Of a stretch of 64,000 bases of DNA, positions 12,960 through 26,050 are shown piece after piece (within the stretch, counting starts at the first letter, position 1; every line of letters starts with the position of its first letter). Under the pieces are notes generated by a model. The model had not been told where the DNA came from. It saw nothing but the letters and a program-made list of their open reading frames with translations, and ran no database searches. Location of the stretch: NCBI GenBank assembly GCA_036172245.1, contig JAYWIR010000003.1, forward strand, positions 1,798,001-1,862,000. Direction: 5' to 3'. Source of the stretch: Raillietiella orientalis (Eukaryota). A program made the position numbers and the translations under genes.

Positions 12960-14114
12960 AAGCCATCTAGCCGGGGATGCTCCTCGATGCGCACGTTGTT
13001 GTTGTGGGAAGGAGGGACGTGCAGCCTTGCCTCCTCCCTTTTCTTGCTTGCTTCCTTCCTTAGAGATGATCTTCGAATCCCTCCCGGCCCGCCCCTCTCC
13101 TCCCCGCGAGCGGCGGAACCCCCGGCCGCTTCCCACAGCTCGCGAGGAGGCGGCCGGAGAGCATGGAGATGGCGTGTGGCTGCAACCTTGGGCCAGGAGT
13201 TAAGGCTGAGGCCCACCCGTTCGAAGGTCCCTTCCCTCCATGAGGAGGGAGCGTGGGTCCCCATCTCCCGGAGGTTTCTTGGGGGTTCGGTCAGCAGCGG
13301 CTGCAAAAGCTCTCCTGCGAGGGAAAAGAATGCGCGTTCCGGGGTGGGAAGAGTACCGGATACCGGACGGGCGGGATTCACGCCCTGGTTCATTTCCCTT
13401 CCCTCTTCCTCCCTTCTTCGCTCCGGCGAGCCAATCTTCCCGATTCCTATCAAAGGTTTCGACCGTCTTCCGTCCCTGGACCTCGACGAGGAGGAGCATC
13501 CCAGCCTCCCGTCATTGTTGTCCTCTCCGGACGCACACATACCATTCCTTTCGTGATCCTCTGCAGCCTTCCTGGCGTGTCCCAGGGAGGGGAGAGTGGG
13601 TCCTGGAACGGTTCCAAACTTCTTCCCGGTCTCGCGCGCCCTCCAGCGGAAGGTCCGACGAGTCCTGACCGCGTTGGCACCGCCTGCGACGTTTCCATGC
13701 AAGGATGCGGGCGCGCGCGCGCTCCCGGAATTTAGCGCCTCGGAGATGTGCAGGAGATTCGGGAAAAGCGCAGCCTGGAAACCTGGCCTTCCTCTCAGGC
13801 GTCCCGGGAAGCATCCCGTCCCAGCCTGAACTCGCGCAAGCACTTCCGGTTTCATCTCTGAGCACTCGGGATCAGCCCCCTCGGGGATTCCACGGGGCAC
13901 GGGGTTCTTGAAGAGGTTTTAGGATCCGTTTCTTAGTCTGCAAAAGAGGATAAAGGTTCCCGGATAGAGGTTCACATATCAGGGAATATGCAAAACTGCG
14001 TTTCGACAATTGCGACAGTGAAAACTCGAGTGCAGCAGAGTTCACATTAGGCCTATTGGGATTCATTTCTCGAGCCCTCGTCCAAGTTTGATTCCTTATT
14101 TAAAAAAAAAAAAA
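12960..14114 (+). mobile_element. Possible degenerate LINE 3' fragment ending in a poly(A) tract
   Basis: GC-rich block with frameshifted 'MCRRFGKSAA / ETWP', similar to 'CARHGAAETLP', ending at A13 (14102-14114), after which the sequence returns to AT-rich. Confidence 0.3.
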
Positions 14115-16329
14115 GCTCAATGATTTTCCTTACCAGATTTTATGAACATGATTAGTATTCTAGACTGATTAGAGTTTACGAGAGAGTTTTCTGGCCCTCA
14201 ACATCTTAATATATCATTCAAAATGGTGTACGAAAGAAATTGCAAAGCAATCGAATGAATCTGTGCTCCCAATCCCACTCGAGGTGAAATCGGCTTCAAC
14301 AAACCTACAAAGGATTCCTTTTTATTGTTCCTATATTTTATTTTTGTTTTAAAAATGCACATAATTCATGATAGGTCTTCAGTATACCTTACGGGATCTA
14401 TTCTACAAAATTGCTTTTAGTGGCAATCATTTTCAAGTTAAAAGGGTAAAAACGGCAAGACGCTTAACTTAATCATCTTTCTTCCTTGTTTGCAGGACTT
14501 GTATGGCAGTTATTTTGGAATTTTCCAAGAGTTGTTTCGTAAATCAAACAGGTCATAAATGAAGAAAATTGAAGTAGGGATAACTATTGACGATCGATCT
14601 CATATGTATATATATATCGATGTAGTACCGAAAGATTAGATTTTGGAGACGTCCCCAATGAGTTGCATCAAATGCAGTGTTCAGTGGCAAACTTCTCTGG
14701 TACACATGAAAAAGATACTGTGAAACCGACAAAACGTTCTTCCCAAACTACGAACTACGAAAGTGCGCAAGCTGAGCACAAACAAGGCTCCCTCCCATGC
14801 CTGCCCTTTAGAATAGCTCCCCCAAATGAGTCAAGTTCACGAAATGCAGGATGACGTCGTAACGTCATGCAGCAGAAACCAGCCACGAACCAGCTTTTCA
14901 GTCATCCTAAGTGCACGCCATGACTGCAGATTCAAGCATCATGTTAGAGGCACCTTTCTAGGGTGGGCTGTGGCTGGTGCTTATTTTACGGAACCAGAAG
15001 TTTCACTTCATCGCCTCCTGTTTATTTTTCAATTAAAAGATGAGTGTGTGAAATGTAATCACTACTGAAATGTATAACTCTAGTCTAACATGACGGTTTA
15101 ATTTGCTTTCTGAACACTCCTTTCAAGTGTTCCTTTTGTCCTATCGTGCTCATTCTTAAATTACTTTAATTTAATTCTGGAATAATATGCTTCTGAAAAC
15201 ATGGAATGCAACTTTTTGTTGGTTTAACTATCCTCACATTTTGCGGCAAGCGAATGAAGAATGAATCAAACCGCATACGTGTTTCTGTGCACAAATTTTG
15301 ATATTTGTGTACAAATTAGTACATGAATAGCAATTTGTGGTTTTGGAGGCGCCTTCCGTCCACGCTATGTTCCTCTGCTTCTCTGCAGATTTCAAGAAGC
15401 AGCCATCGCATTCTTTTCTTTTTGTTGGAAATGGTAGCTGGAGGTTCTTGCCTCTTGAACTGTCCTTTGTACAAGGTACAACTGTACTTTTCCTACCTCT
15501 ACTCTTTTCAAGAACATTAATTACACTATCCACAGCCGTTAGGCAAAGAATAATTAATTACCTGTATTATCACGAGGGCATCTGACACCCTGCAAAACAT
15601 GCTGATGCTCTGCAGGATAGCACAGCATCTCTCGGCGTGTTTTGTTCCTTTTGGTTTTCCAAAAGGTGTTTTGGAGGGCAACTGGAGAATGTACGGCTGG
15701 AGATCACGAGAATAGGATAGGGACAAATTGAGCACACGTGATTTATGTCCTTTGTATGGAAAGTTTTGAAATTGCCTGTGCATTCATACATATGCGGAAG
15801 ATGACCGAGAAATGGGAATTAGGAGAGTTTAATCTGCGAAGTTTAGGTTGTTTTTAGGAGAAGTTTGCAAAACTCAAGAAGGTTTGGTTAAAAAAATGAA
15901 AAAAAAATAAAATAGAATCTTAGTTTTTCGTGAGGTGATTTTTATATTGTATAAAAAGTTATTTTTTTTTCCCATCCCCGAATTTTAATAGACATCTTTG
16001 ATGCAGTGTGGTTTGGGGAATAAAAAGGCTTTTATATGTTTGGAAACGAGCGATTATATTTTTGCGTATTTGCCCCGGAATTTTTATTGAGTTTTGTTAC
16101 AAATATCAGGTTTTATATGGAATGCACAGAAAGCAAATAAAATATGCTTGAGTAGAATCACATTCATCACTTGATGATACGAATACATTTCATACATGTT
16201 AACAGGATTTGTGCATGCAAATGCTCAAGTTATTACCACTATTCATGTGTTTTTTAATTAATGATACAATTTTTGATGTTTTCTCAGATTAGTGAAATGC
16301 TTCATTTATATTGATACATTGGTTTGATA

Positions 16330-17852
16330 ATGCCAGCTTGTGGATTGCTTCAAAGTGTTTTGAGGAAAAGACTTTGCCCATGCCCACTTGAATCTTATGC
16401 TGATGGTGTCCCAGCATTGCTCAATAGACATTGTGAACAATTAGTTCATGTACTCCATGAATCTATAGAGCACAAAGAAAGTACTTCTATTCTGTTAATT
16501 GGACCTCAGGGTTCTGGAAAAACATCGGTCAGTTGGACGGATAAGGGAATGTGCATAGAGAAACTGTTAAGGTAGCTAATGAAGCCATACGCAGATTACA
16601 AAAATCTGGAAACAAATTTGCTCTGGTACGTCTGTGTGGTTTCTTGCAAAATGATCAGCAGTCTGCTCTTCGTGAAATCATTCAGCAATTACGTTTAACA
16701 GTGGATGAAGAATTTCTGTCAGGAACTTTTACTGCTGGTAAGCAGCATGATGAAATTTTTGGTGGATATTATTCAAAATCACATTCTAGATCGTCTTCGG
16801 GATCTCTTTGCCACTTTTCAAAAAGAACATTCTAACTGGGAGCATTCAGTAGTGATAATACTGGAAGAATTTGATCTTTTTGCCCAGTTTCATCATCAAG
16901 CATTATTATATAATCTCTTAGATGTTGCTCATTCTCCAGGTTCTGCGCTTTGCCTTGTTGGCTTGACATGCCGCTTAGATGTTGTGGAAATGTTAGAAAA
17001 AAGAGTCAAATCACGCTTTTCTCATTTACAGTTGTTCCTTCTGTCTGATCTCAACTTTGATGAATACACTGCTGTCTTCATACAACTTTTGACAGTGCCT
17101 GAACTGCCAGGTCTCTCAGATGATGTATTAAAAGCATGGAATTCAAGAGTCAAAGGGTTTTTAAATGTGCCTTCTATTCATGATGGCTTGCAACGTTTAT
17201 ATTTTCAAAGAAAAGATATCCATGCTCTCAAACGGTTTCTTGTAAGGTGTCTTGAGTTCTGAATAATGTTTTAGTTTTTGCATGCAGTTTCCTGTCATCT
17301 GCAAATTATCAGAAGAATACCCATTTCTTGAGAATTCCGATTTTGCTTCAGCCCTGAGGGATTTGACAGTCGATAATTATCAACTTTTATTACAAGGATT
17401 ATCAGTGCTTCAATTGTGCTTGGTATGTTGCACAGTGATTCAGAATCTGATTCTCTTGGTTAGTTAATAGCAATGAAACACCTAAGTGTTACTTATAAAG
17501 GTGCACCATTTACTTTGGAGCAACTTTTGCAAGAATATGAACATTTCTGTGCACGGCATCCTTCAGTACAAAAGTTTGATTCACCTGTTGTGCACAAAGC
17601 ATTTGAAAGTCTGTTGGTATGTTTTATATTTATATCTGTATGATTGTATTAGTCTTGCAGCATAAGTCTTGTGTTAATATCCTGATTTTGTAGGAATTGG
17701 AAATTGTGTGCTCAACAAAACCACAGGAGCATCTCCTGCCTTTTCAGCGTTATGAATTGTTACTAGTCCCACAGCAGATTGAGATGGCTTTATGTTCATA
17801 TCCTGAATTGCCAACTGATTTGCAACAATGGATCCGGAATCAGGATGTTTGA
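16330..17852 (+). CDS. ORC4: Origin recognition complex subunit 4 (420 aa); exons 16330-16527, 16572-16737, 16790-17241, 17288-17422, 17464-17616, 17694-17852
   Basis: ESTSILLIGPQGSGKT (Walker A), IILEEFDLFA...QALLYNLLD (Walker B), GLTCRLDVVEMLEKRVKSRFSH, GLSVLQLCLLIAMKHL and C-terminal PTDLQQW. Five GT-AG introns (44, 52, 46, 41, 77 bp) give an intact 1263-nt frame. Confidence 0.96.
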
Positions 17853-19559
17853 TAAATTGTCATTGCAGTCTAACATGGTCCAGAAGCTTTAGAAGCCTAA
17901 TTTATTTTTTAATTCATAGGACATGTCCGAATGAAAGATGTACTTTTGTATATTTTTCAACTTGAAATTTATGGAGTGAAAGAATCTACACCTGATTCTA
18001 GCCTCTCTTTAAATTCCTATTTCAATATTTACCAGCCAGGCTTTCGTCTGTGAAAAAAAATACAAATTAAAAGGAAACTTGAACAACTGCTTTGTAAATA
18101 ATCTGCATAGTACTTTCATAAGCATATATAGACTTTTGCAGTTGGAACCTTGCTAATTTGAATTCGGGCGCTACTTTCAAAAATTCAAGGGTTCAGAATT
18201 CACAACTCACTTTAAAAATGCCAATGGTTGCACTATCAAATTTCCGATTGTTTGGGTTTTTGAACACTTGGGTTTATGAAATTTGTGAGATTTCTACCTT
18301 TTGAAATGTCTGTAAATGTTGAATTTCCCAAGAAGTGTATGGATGAGTTTCTAAGCAAGCAAAATAAAATCTTTCGTTTTTCTTGTAACTGCAACATAAG
18401 GGGGTTACTAGATAGTTAAATAAAAGGAAATTTTTGATGGTTGCACAAGGCTATATACATATTTATGTGTACCAAAGGATTTGGATTTAGTGAATCTAAA
18501 GAAAGGGTCCTTGTTATTAGGTGTTGCACAACATCTGTTCCTCTGCTCAATGCCTGAGCTAGGCCTTACACACAGCGACTTCAGTTACACATTGTGTAAT
18601 TTAATCAAAAATCCAGAATGAACCTACAGAACTGAAATACTGAATGTGAAGAAGGATCAACCATATCATCAGATGCAATTTTCTTTGATTAGAATGTGCA
18701 TGTTTGATGAACATTCTAATTGCAAGTGATCCAGTGCAGAGGACTGTGTGGCTTGTTGGTTTCAGCAAGACTTGTTAACAGTTTGAGTTGGATAATGAGG
18801 ATGTGTGAAACTGGTTCAGCAATCCAAAGCGAACATACTTGACAGTGACCTTCCCAAATGTGGTCAGCTGACCACAACAGTTTCTAGTTGATGAAACCAA
18901 AATACGGGCAATAGCAGTACTTTCCCAACAGATTACATAGTTGTGACTATGAATTAAGTTCCATCTGAAAGCAACTGAAGGGAGTATTGTGATTGTTATC
19001 CACAAGCACTGAAAGATAGACTAAAATAAAACTTTTAAAAGTGTTTATTTTGTGGACTGTAAAAGATGACATCGTTTTCCAGCCTTTTTTTTTCGATTTA
19101 TAAGGATAAAGTTCTATTTGTTTAACTTTTTATTTTAGCTTCCATGAAATTGGAACAAAAGTATGGGCCTTCGCAGCATGAATGTACATGAATTGGTGAA
19201 ACACATGGCAAACAAGAACTTAAGTAGGGAAACGGTATTCTGCCTTTTTTCTTCGTTGATGCTTTATACTACTAAAGGTTCGTTAAGAAGACAGTAGCGA
19301 AAAGAATGGCATTTCACTTTGGCACACACGCCTTTATGGAATTCAATAGACAAAAAGCTGCTCTAATTATCACGCTAGAATGCGTGGCTTGAAAGTGCAA
19401 CATTTCGTGCTGTTGAGGGAGTCAAGTTTCAGCAACTTCAAGAAATGCATTTTGGATAACGAGGTCATGGGTTGACTGCTGAGGAACATGCTCAAGAAAG
19501 CGAAGCAGAAGGAATGGCAACACTTGGAGAGTCACTCTTCTCTTGGGAAGAGTTCGAGA

Positions 19560-19597
19560 GTGAACATCTCCGTACCAACCAGTACGGAGATGTTCAC
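19560..19597. repeat. Perfect 16-bp inverted repeat (hairpin, 6-nt loop)
   Basis: GTGAACATCTCCGTAC-CAACCA-GTACGGAGATGTTCAC. Confidence 0.85.
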
Positions 19598-22500
19598 ATG
19601 GAGCTGTATTCTGTTTAGCTAGCTCTGAACCTCCTTGTCCGATCACTTTGGTTCAGTGCTTCCGATTTTCATCTGCAGGCACCGAGAGGGCTTCATCTAC
19701 GTTTGTATTTCGGATGATTAGACTTTCCCATCTTCGTCTACGCATCGAGATTTCTGAGATGTCAGCGATCCTCTCATTAAAGGGTGTAAATACGCCTTTG
19801 ATACCGCTTTGAGAGGGCAACAGGGTTTAGATAAAATATTTCCAAAGCTGATCATGCATCTTCTCATTTGGAATTGTTTCTTCGTAAGCTTTTCCTTAGA
19901 TCTTTAGAGAAAGTCATTGGAACGGAGTTACACAGCATTTCATCATTAAGTGCGTTGGTATTCCCGGAAAAGCAACGCCCTGAAATGAAGTTCTATAAAT
20001 AACAAACTAAGTAAACTGAAACAGGAAAATATGCAATATTAAAGAAGTGCTGAAATATTCATTACAGCCAGCTTCATCCAGGAATACCGTCAGCGCATCA
20101 CAGATAAAAAAAAAAAAAACTCTTTGAACTTTGCTTGCTTCTTACACATGTAATGAACATCCAACGACATTTTTCATAAATTTGTTAAACATGCTAAGTT
20201 TGCCTCTTCAAAAGAGACGTTCTAACCATGGGAGCAAAGCGATGGCTTTCAAAAGGCAGTAATGGAGATGTGCTGAGGAAGGGGAACTTTGAGGGAGATT
20301 ATCGATTGGATGATATTGTGATCGAAAATGGTGTGAGAAGTCTGCGAACAAGGAAAGTTCGGGGACCACTGCTCTACGGTCATGGCTTGAAACGATGTCT
20401 GGTAGAACGAAAAGAGAAATCCTAATCCGAAGGATGTGCACATAATCTGGCACTCACTGTAATCAATATTAATCAGCAAAATAATCCATTAATTATTATC
20501 TCTGAAACTGGCAGTCCATTTCTAATCTCACTTTGGGATAAATGGAGGGATTTGAGCTCTTTTTGGTTTCAAGACATCCACTTTCATAATCAAATACTGA
20601 TTGGACGCATAGGCTGGGACATCCACCGGATGATGCAAGTGATCCCGTGGAGCACCTGTTGACGCACAGAGACAATCCAGCTAGTCCGAAATAAACAGAC
20701 TTCAAAATGGGAGGATCATCGGAAGAACAGGAAGATGAGGACGAGCCGCTAACGTTTGTAAAGTCTATGTGTTTATAAATTCTATATGATCGGATTTCTG
20801 CTTTAATCAAAATACTGAGTGCAACCGACAGGACACACACACTCGCTGCAGTTGTGACCTGTGTTGTGACGCGATTCATGCTTTTCCTGGATTGTCATTT
20901 GAAAAACCGAGTCGAAGTTCGCTTCAACCATCTTTGGGGGGAGGATGTGGCTATGGACTTGTTGATCTCAACGAACAGAAGATGACTGCTGACTTCTTGA
21001 CCTGATATCTAGAGTACACTGTGCACGGTGGCGTGGCTCCCATCTCTCTGTGCTGACGTACTTACGGTGGCACGATGGAGATTAAATAGTCGCATGAGCA
21101 AATTGGTACTGCGTCTTTCGTTTCGTTTTGCTTCTCCTGCTAAGTTAAATTTCAAGGCCGTTTTTGTTCTCTGCAGTGAATTCTTTTCCTCTTCACTTAC
21201 GGTCCAGTTTCGAGGACGCTGCTCCTTTCCTGCTCTTTTGGCACGGTAAGCAAGACATGCATCACGAACACACCCTAAAGCAAACCTTCCGGGAGATGCG
21301 AAAGGGAGGTCGCGTATACCAATGGTTGCAGCGATGAACATCCGCCAGCCGAGACGAATCTCAGCAGGATGTTCCAGGCTTACCATGTGCAGCGCGCGAG
21401 CGGCGGTGTTCTCTAGAACGCAAGAAGGATGTAACGAAGCTGCTGACGACCATCGCCACCGCCCTCACGCGGATCTCGCTGAACTGGTTCGCACCGGGAT
21501 TTGAGATAAAACAGTCGCCTCGGGGCGATCATGATCAGGCAGGGACAGCACCCATCTACCCTCTCCCTCCCTCTTGCCCCTGCTTGAAGCAGGCCCTCGG
21601 GAATCGTGTTTATCACCACGAGAGCCGCCAGTCCAGCTCACCCCCCCCTCCCCCTTTGTTTATCGCCCTTCCTTCCCCTTCCTCCTCCCACTCCCTGGTT
21701 CTGTCCCCAGCGAAGTTCGGTTCCTTTTGTTTCGGGACGGCGCATGTCGCTCCCTTTCTGACGAACGTTCATTGATTTGAAATTGACGGCCCGGAAATTC
21801 GGGATGCGGAGGACAGCGCGCGCGCGCGCTTGATGCCGCAACTGTCCCGGCAATTTGATTCTGCCGGTGGCAAGGTGGTATCCTCCTCAAGGGCTCTCCA
21901 TCCTGCTGCTCTTTGAATCCTACATCTCTGCAGCATTCAATCCTGTGTGCTCTTCCATTCTAATATGCCTGGCTTCTGTTGATTCCTCACAGACTACGCA
22001 CGCACTCCAGGTCAAAGGGCGCTGCCGCCCAAAAAGCAAAAAAAAAAAATTTGCATTTCATAGACTTCCGTCTGTGTTTTCCTTCTCCACTGCTGCATTT
22101 GGGAGGCTGAGATTTGGATGGATATTCAGCTCACCTCGAGGTCGCGGCGACTTTGAAAACGCAATCGGCTTCCGTTTCCGTAGTTAGGAACACATTTCCA
22201 ACGGGTTTCCTTCTTTCGTCGTGACCACTCATCTGGGCGCTCCATGTCTGGTCCGAAGGGTTGCAGACTCGACCCCACCCTTCCCTTCCTTCCTCGGAAG
22301 AAACGTGGATCACATGCACTCTGGTGGCCATCTCGGCGCTTTCATCAGCCGAGTGGCACGAGCGCCTTGTTGCATCTCTTCCCTTCTGGAAGCACCCCGC
22401 GGGACGCATTGCGATCCCCGTTAGCAACTATAAATTCACAATAAAATCAATCCATTCTTTTTGGAACCGAACGTTTGATGGGTTCACGGAAGGCGGTCAT

Positions 22501-23321
22501 CCACCCGGTCGACTTTTTGCGCCACGAAGATTGTGAGGCAGCTCAAGCCAAGAAACAGATGCGTCAATCGTGGCTGCTGCAAAGAGGGACCCGCCTCGGG
22601 AGGATCGCATGACTCGGTACGAGTGAGCATCACCCAAAGTGAGCCATGCGCGCGATGGGCAGACGAGGCAGCCGAGTCCGGCAAGCGTGAAGTCTTTGAT
22701 TTCAGCCATCACCGGTTGCTATGGATGCAGACGATTATCACGGCTATGACCAAAATTCCGACAGAACAGTTACGACGGAACAAGGAATTCGGAGGATGCG
22801 AAAGCGAAAAAAACCTCTGTTTGCGATTCTTGTGGTCCGCCTCGGGGTGCTGATGACAACTAAAGCAACTATACGGACTTTGGGGGGTGCGCATGTGGCG
22901 CTTCCAGGCGCACCTTGCCTTGTGTGTCTCCGTGGATACGTGAAGAGCCTGCTTCACTCTGAACAACAGACAAAACAAAACAGACTCAGAAGGTACGGGC
23001 ACTACATCAGTTTTCCTTTCGATCCGCCGAACTTGCGGCCTCCCCCGCTGCTGCCCCGTGGCGCGCTGCTAAAAACCACGCATGCAGTTCCTCAAGAATC
23101 AAAAGAGTTCCTGGTCCATGTCCTGCTCTGTCGATAATTTGTCAGCTCTCCCCCTTTAGAACCATCTCAGTTGAGCTCTTTAGAAAGTTCAGGCAACAGT
23201 CCCCTCCATGCTGGCCATCGTGAACCTTTTTGCGAATGGCGCAGCACTCTCCGCTTTGGCCGCACTTCATTTCCACTCGGAAGTGAACTTCATGGTGTTG
23301 CTTTTACGAAAGCATCGGGCT

Positions 23322-23348
23322 GTACACTCTTTGGCTGTCCATATACTA
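23322..23348 (+). pseudogene. U6: 3'-truncated U6 snRNA retrocopy (nt ~1-27) with degenerate TSD
   Basis: GTACACTCTTTGGCTGTCCATATACTA has 2 mismatches to the copy at 12.85 kb. Flanks ATCGGGCTGT (23314) and ATCGGCAGT (23348) look like a decayed TSD. Confidence 0.7.
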
Positions 23349-23599
23349 TCGGCAGTGTTTCCTTTCGAACGCGTAACCGGCCTTCTCCTTTCATGGCTAT
23401 GACACCTTTCTTAGAACATTTTCCTGGGCAGTTCTTCCGTGGTTACTCCGTGCAGTATGATACCAATTTTGGGCTGCTGAAAATCATTTCCTTCATTTAT
23501 CTTTAGAATTAAAAATAACTCCGGGAGCTTCTGCCTTCTGGCTCTAACACTGTTCCACGCCGCCCGCGGAGGGTGCGTGTAATTCTTCAAGATATGGGG

Positions 23600-24385
23600 C
23601 ACCCCGGGAGGGGGGTCCTCCCTATGAATCCAGGAAGGACTCGGAGTCCGGTTCCTCTCACGCCTAAGCAGGGATCCCCCCGGGAGGGGGATATCGCACC
23701 TCCACGCTGGTTGTCTCCGAAGGGAATCCCCTTCCTCATTCTCTCCGGAGGGACACCTCCCAGGAGGGAAGGGGGGGTCCGCTCCATTTCATCTTCGCCG
23801 AAGGGAACCCAGAAAGGATCCGCTAGAAGGAATTTCTTCTCCGGAGGGAACCCGCAAGGGAACCGCTCCTGTTCACTCCTCTGAAGAAAACCCCGAAAGG
23901 ACGCTTCCGAAATTCAGAAGGGGCGCTGTAGCTTCCCGCAGGGGAATCCCTCTCGCTCGCTTCCTTGCACTCTCTGGAGAGGCGGCGATTCGGAGGGTTC
24001 CCCCCCCACAACAGGGGGGGATCTTTAAACAACTCCTTTAAACAACGGGAGAGGTGCCTGTGAAGGCTCCTGCTCCATCTTGAAACCGGAGCGGTCCCCC
24101 GGTGAGGGGGGTCTGCTCTCCGTTGCACGACCGGAGGGGGAACTCCCCGCTCCTTGATTCCTGGAAGGACCCGAAGGTCCACTCCCATTGTTCCGGCCTT
24201 CAATCGGAGACCTCCCGTTTGAACCGCTACCGGTTCCGCGCCCGAATGTTTGTAGGCCAACCAGCGCCATCTTGCAGGAGGAACTCGGGAGCCAACGACG
24301 CAGTGGCGTCAGTTTCTGCCGGAGTATTCGAGCCCGCGACTCATGGTGCCACGCGCGGAAGCCTTAACCACAAAGCTTCCGAGAA
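23600..24385 (-). mobile_element. tRNA-headed SINE-like element with internal CCGGAGGGAA-type repeats
   Basis: Minus strand has GTGGTTAAGGC (A-box-like) and GTCGCGGGCTCGAATAC (B-box-like). These are followed by a body (CTGCGTCGTTGG...GCAAGATGGCGCTGGTTG...ATTCGGGCGCGG) homologous to 59030-59100. 23600-24200 carries repeated degenerate CTCCGGAGGGAA(T/C)CCC motifs also seen at 30.4 kb and 41.2 kb. Confidence 0.6.
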
Positions 24386-24609
24386 AGGCTGCTCCCTGTT
24401 GCTTCCCATTTTTTTTTTTCCTTTCGTTTCGTAGTGAAAAGATTTGCAAACAGGTAAAAAGAAACACGTTTAACTGTGAATCATATTGATAATATGCATG
24501 TCAATAAAGTTATGCATTAAAATAATATTACTATTAATAATATGTATGTTCATAAATGCTTATGTACATAATAAGCATATTTTTAATGATCTTTAGGGAT
24601 TTGGAAGCG

Positions 24610-26050
24610 CATCCGCGTTTTCCTGTGGCTCTTTGCTTCCGAATGTCTTTTTCCGCCTCTGTGCGTCTTCGCGCGTGAACGTTCCTCAACCCTATTGTGT
24701 GGGGCGAGCTCTGACTGCAGCAGGGAAACAGGAATTACGGAGAAAGGGAAGCGACTGCGCCAACGGCGCCGCCCAGTCCGAAGAATCCCGTTTTCCTGAT
24801 CCCGTTTGGGATATCAAGAGGGAGGCGTTTCTTCGACCGCGAGTTCCCCAGCTGGCCAAGCGCGTTCTGCAAGACCCTTCCTCGAGTTCGGCATTTTGTA
24901 GAATCCTCCCTCAAGCTGCTTCATTCCCATCCATGGATTTGAGGTAGCTGAAGAATAACTCGAGGACGGTCGCGAGCTCGGGAACGCTATCCCGGTGACT
25001 GCTCTGCCCTTTTGACCACGTTTCTTATCGTCCCTCCCTTCCCTCCATTCCCTAATTCCTTAGAAGGACCGACCCTGCTCTGTTGCTGCCTAGCAGCCGG
25101 TTGCAGGATGCGGGCACTCGGCTTCTCTAGTAGAAGCCCAGCCGGCGCCCAATGAGCTTCAGTGCCTGGCGGCAGGAGACTGTTGAGTCCTGGACCGCAT
25201 TCCAGGGAATACATCCTGAAGATTTTTGCTGACTGCGACATATTCTGAGGAGACCGCTGGGAAAGGTAATGCAGGACGCGGTGAAGTTTTCAACCCTGGC
25301 CGCCACACGTCACCGCAGCGCTGTCTGCCCTGAGGACAAGCGACGGCAGCTGCCAACCGGCGAGATGGGCGTTTTCCTGCACCATCGCGAAAAGGACGAA
25401 ACTCTTTGGCGGCAGGAGGACGCGCGATGCTGCCACTCTGCTCACTGTGGCGACGGAACTCCTGCGGTGGAGTCAACTTGCCCCCGAGGAACTTGTGGTT
25501 TCTCCCTAACGTCTGGACGCATCTGCGTTCCCTCCCTCCTGGAATCAGGCCGTGCTGCTCTTCTTCCTCTACCGGATATTCCAGTGCAACGAGCACCGGC
25601 ATCCTCTTTTCCTCAGGGGACTTCCTTGCATCCCCGAACTGTGCCAGGTGCAGGTCGGCGGAGTCGATCTGCGCCGCACCTGCTTTCCGACTGTGGTGCC
25701 TTCCGGGAACTGTGGCGGAGGCTGGCGACAGCAATCCTGCACTAGGAGGACACTGCCCGTGACCTGCTGCGGTGGATCTTCGCGCTCAACGGACTTTCGG
25801 CGGGAGCGGTGATCGCAACGATGGACCTGCGTCCGCGCCACGTGCGCTGCAGGCGACGACGCAGCGAAGGGAGGTCAACCGGGATGGTGGCCGACTGTGT
25901 GAGGAATGTTGCAAGGTGGCCTTACCTGGAAGAAGTCAAGGCAGAGGTCGCCGGTATCCTGAGCAGGCCTTGAAGTGAAGAAACAACGGACACCGGTGAC
26001 CCCAGCCTAACTCCATTTTTTCCTTTTTTCGATCCCCACTCCCTTTCGCT
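24610..26050 (+). mobile_element. Degenerate L1/Tx1-like non-LTR retrotransposon, ORF2 C-terminal part
   Basis: Across frames: AWRQETVESW...TAALSALR...CTIA...LLRWSQL...PNCARC...PHLLSDCGAFRELWRRLA, colinear with the 52.5-53.5 kb element. Direct DNA match AGGGCAGACAGCGCTGCGGT between 25313-25332 (rev) and ~53192. Confidence 0.75.

Noticed and set aside
15234..15791. Small gene divergent from ORC4
   Set aside because: One plausible donor site (CAG|GTAATT), but no recognisable protein or consistent exon chain.
19400..21500. Gene or pseudogene between ORC4 and the repeat region
   Set aside because: Short ORFs on both strands with no identifiable homology or splice pattern.
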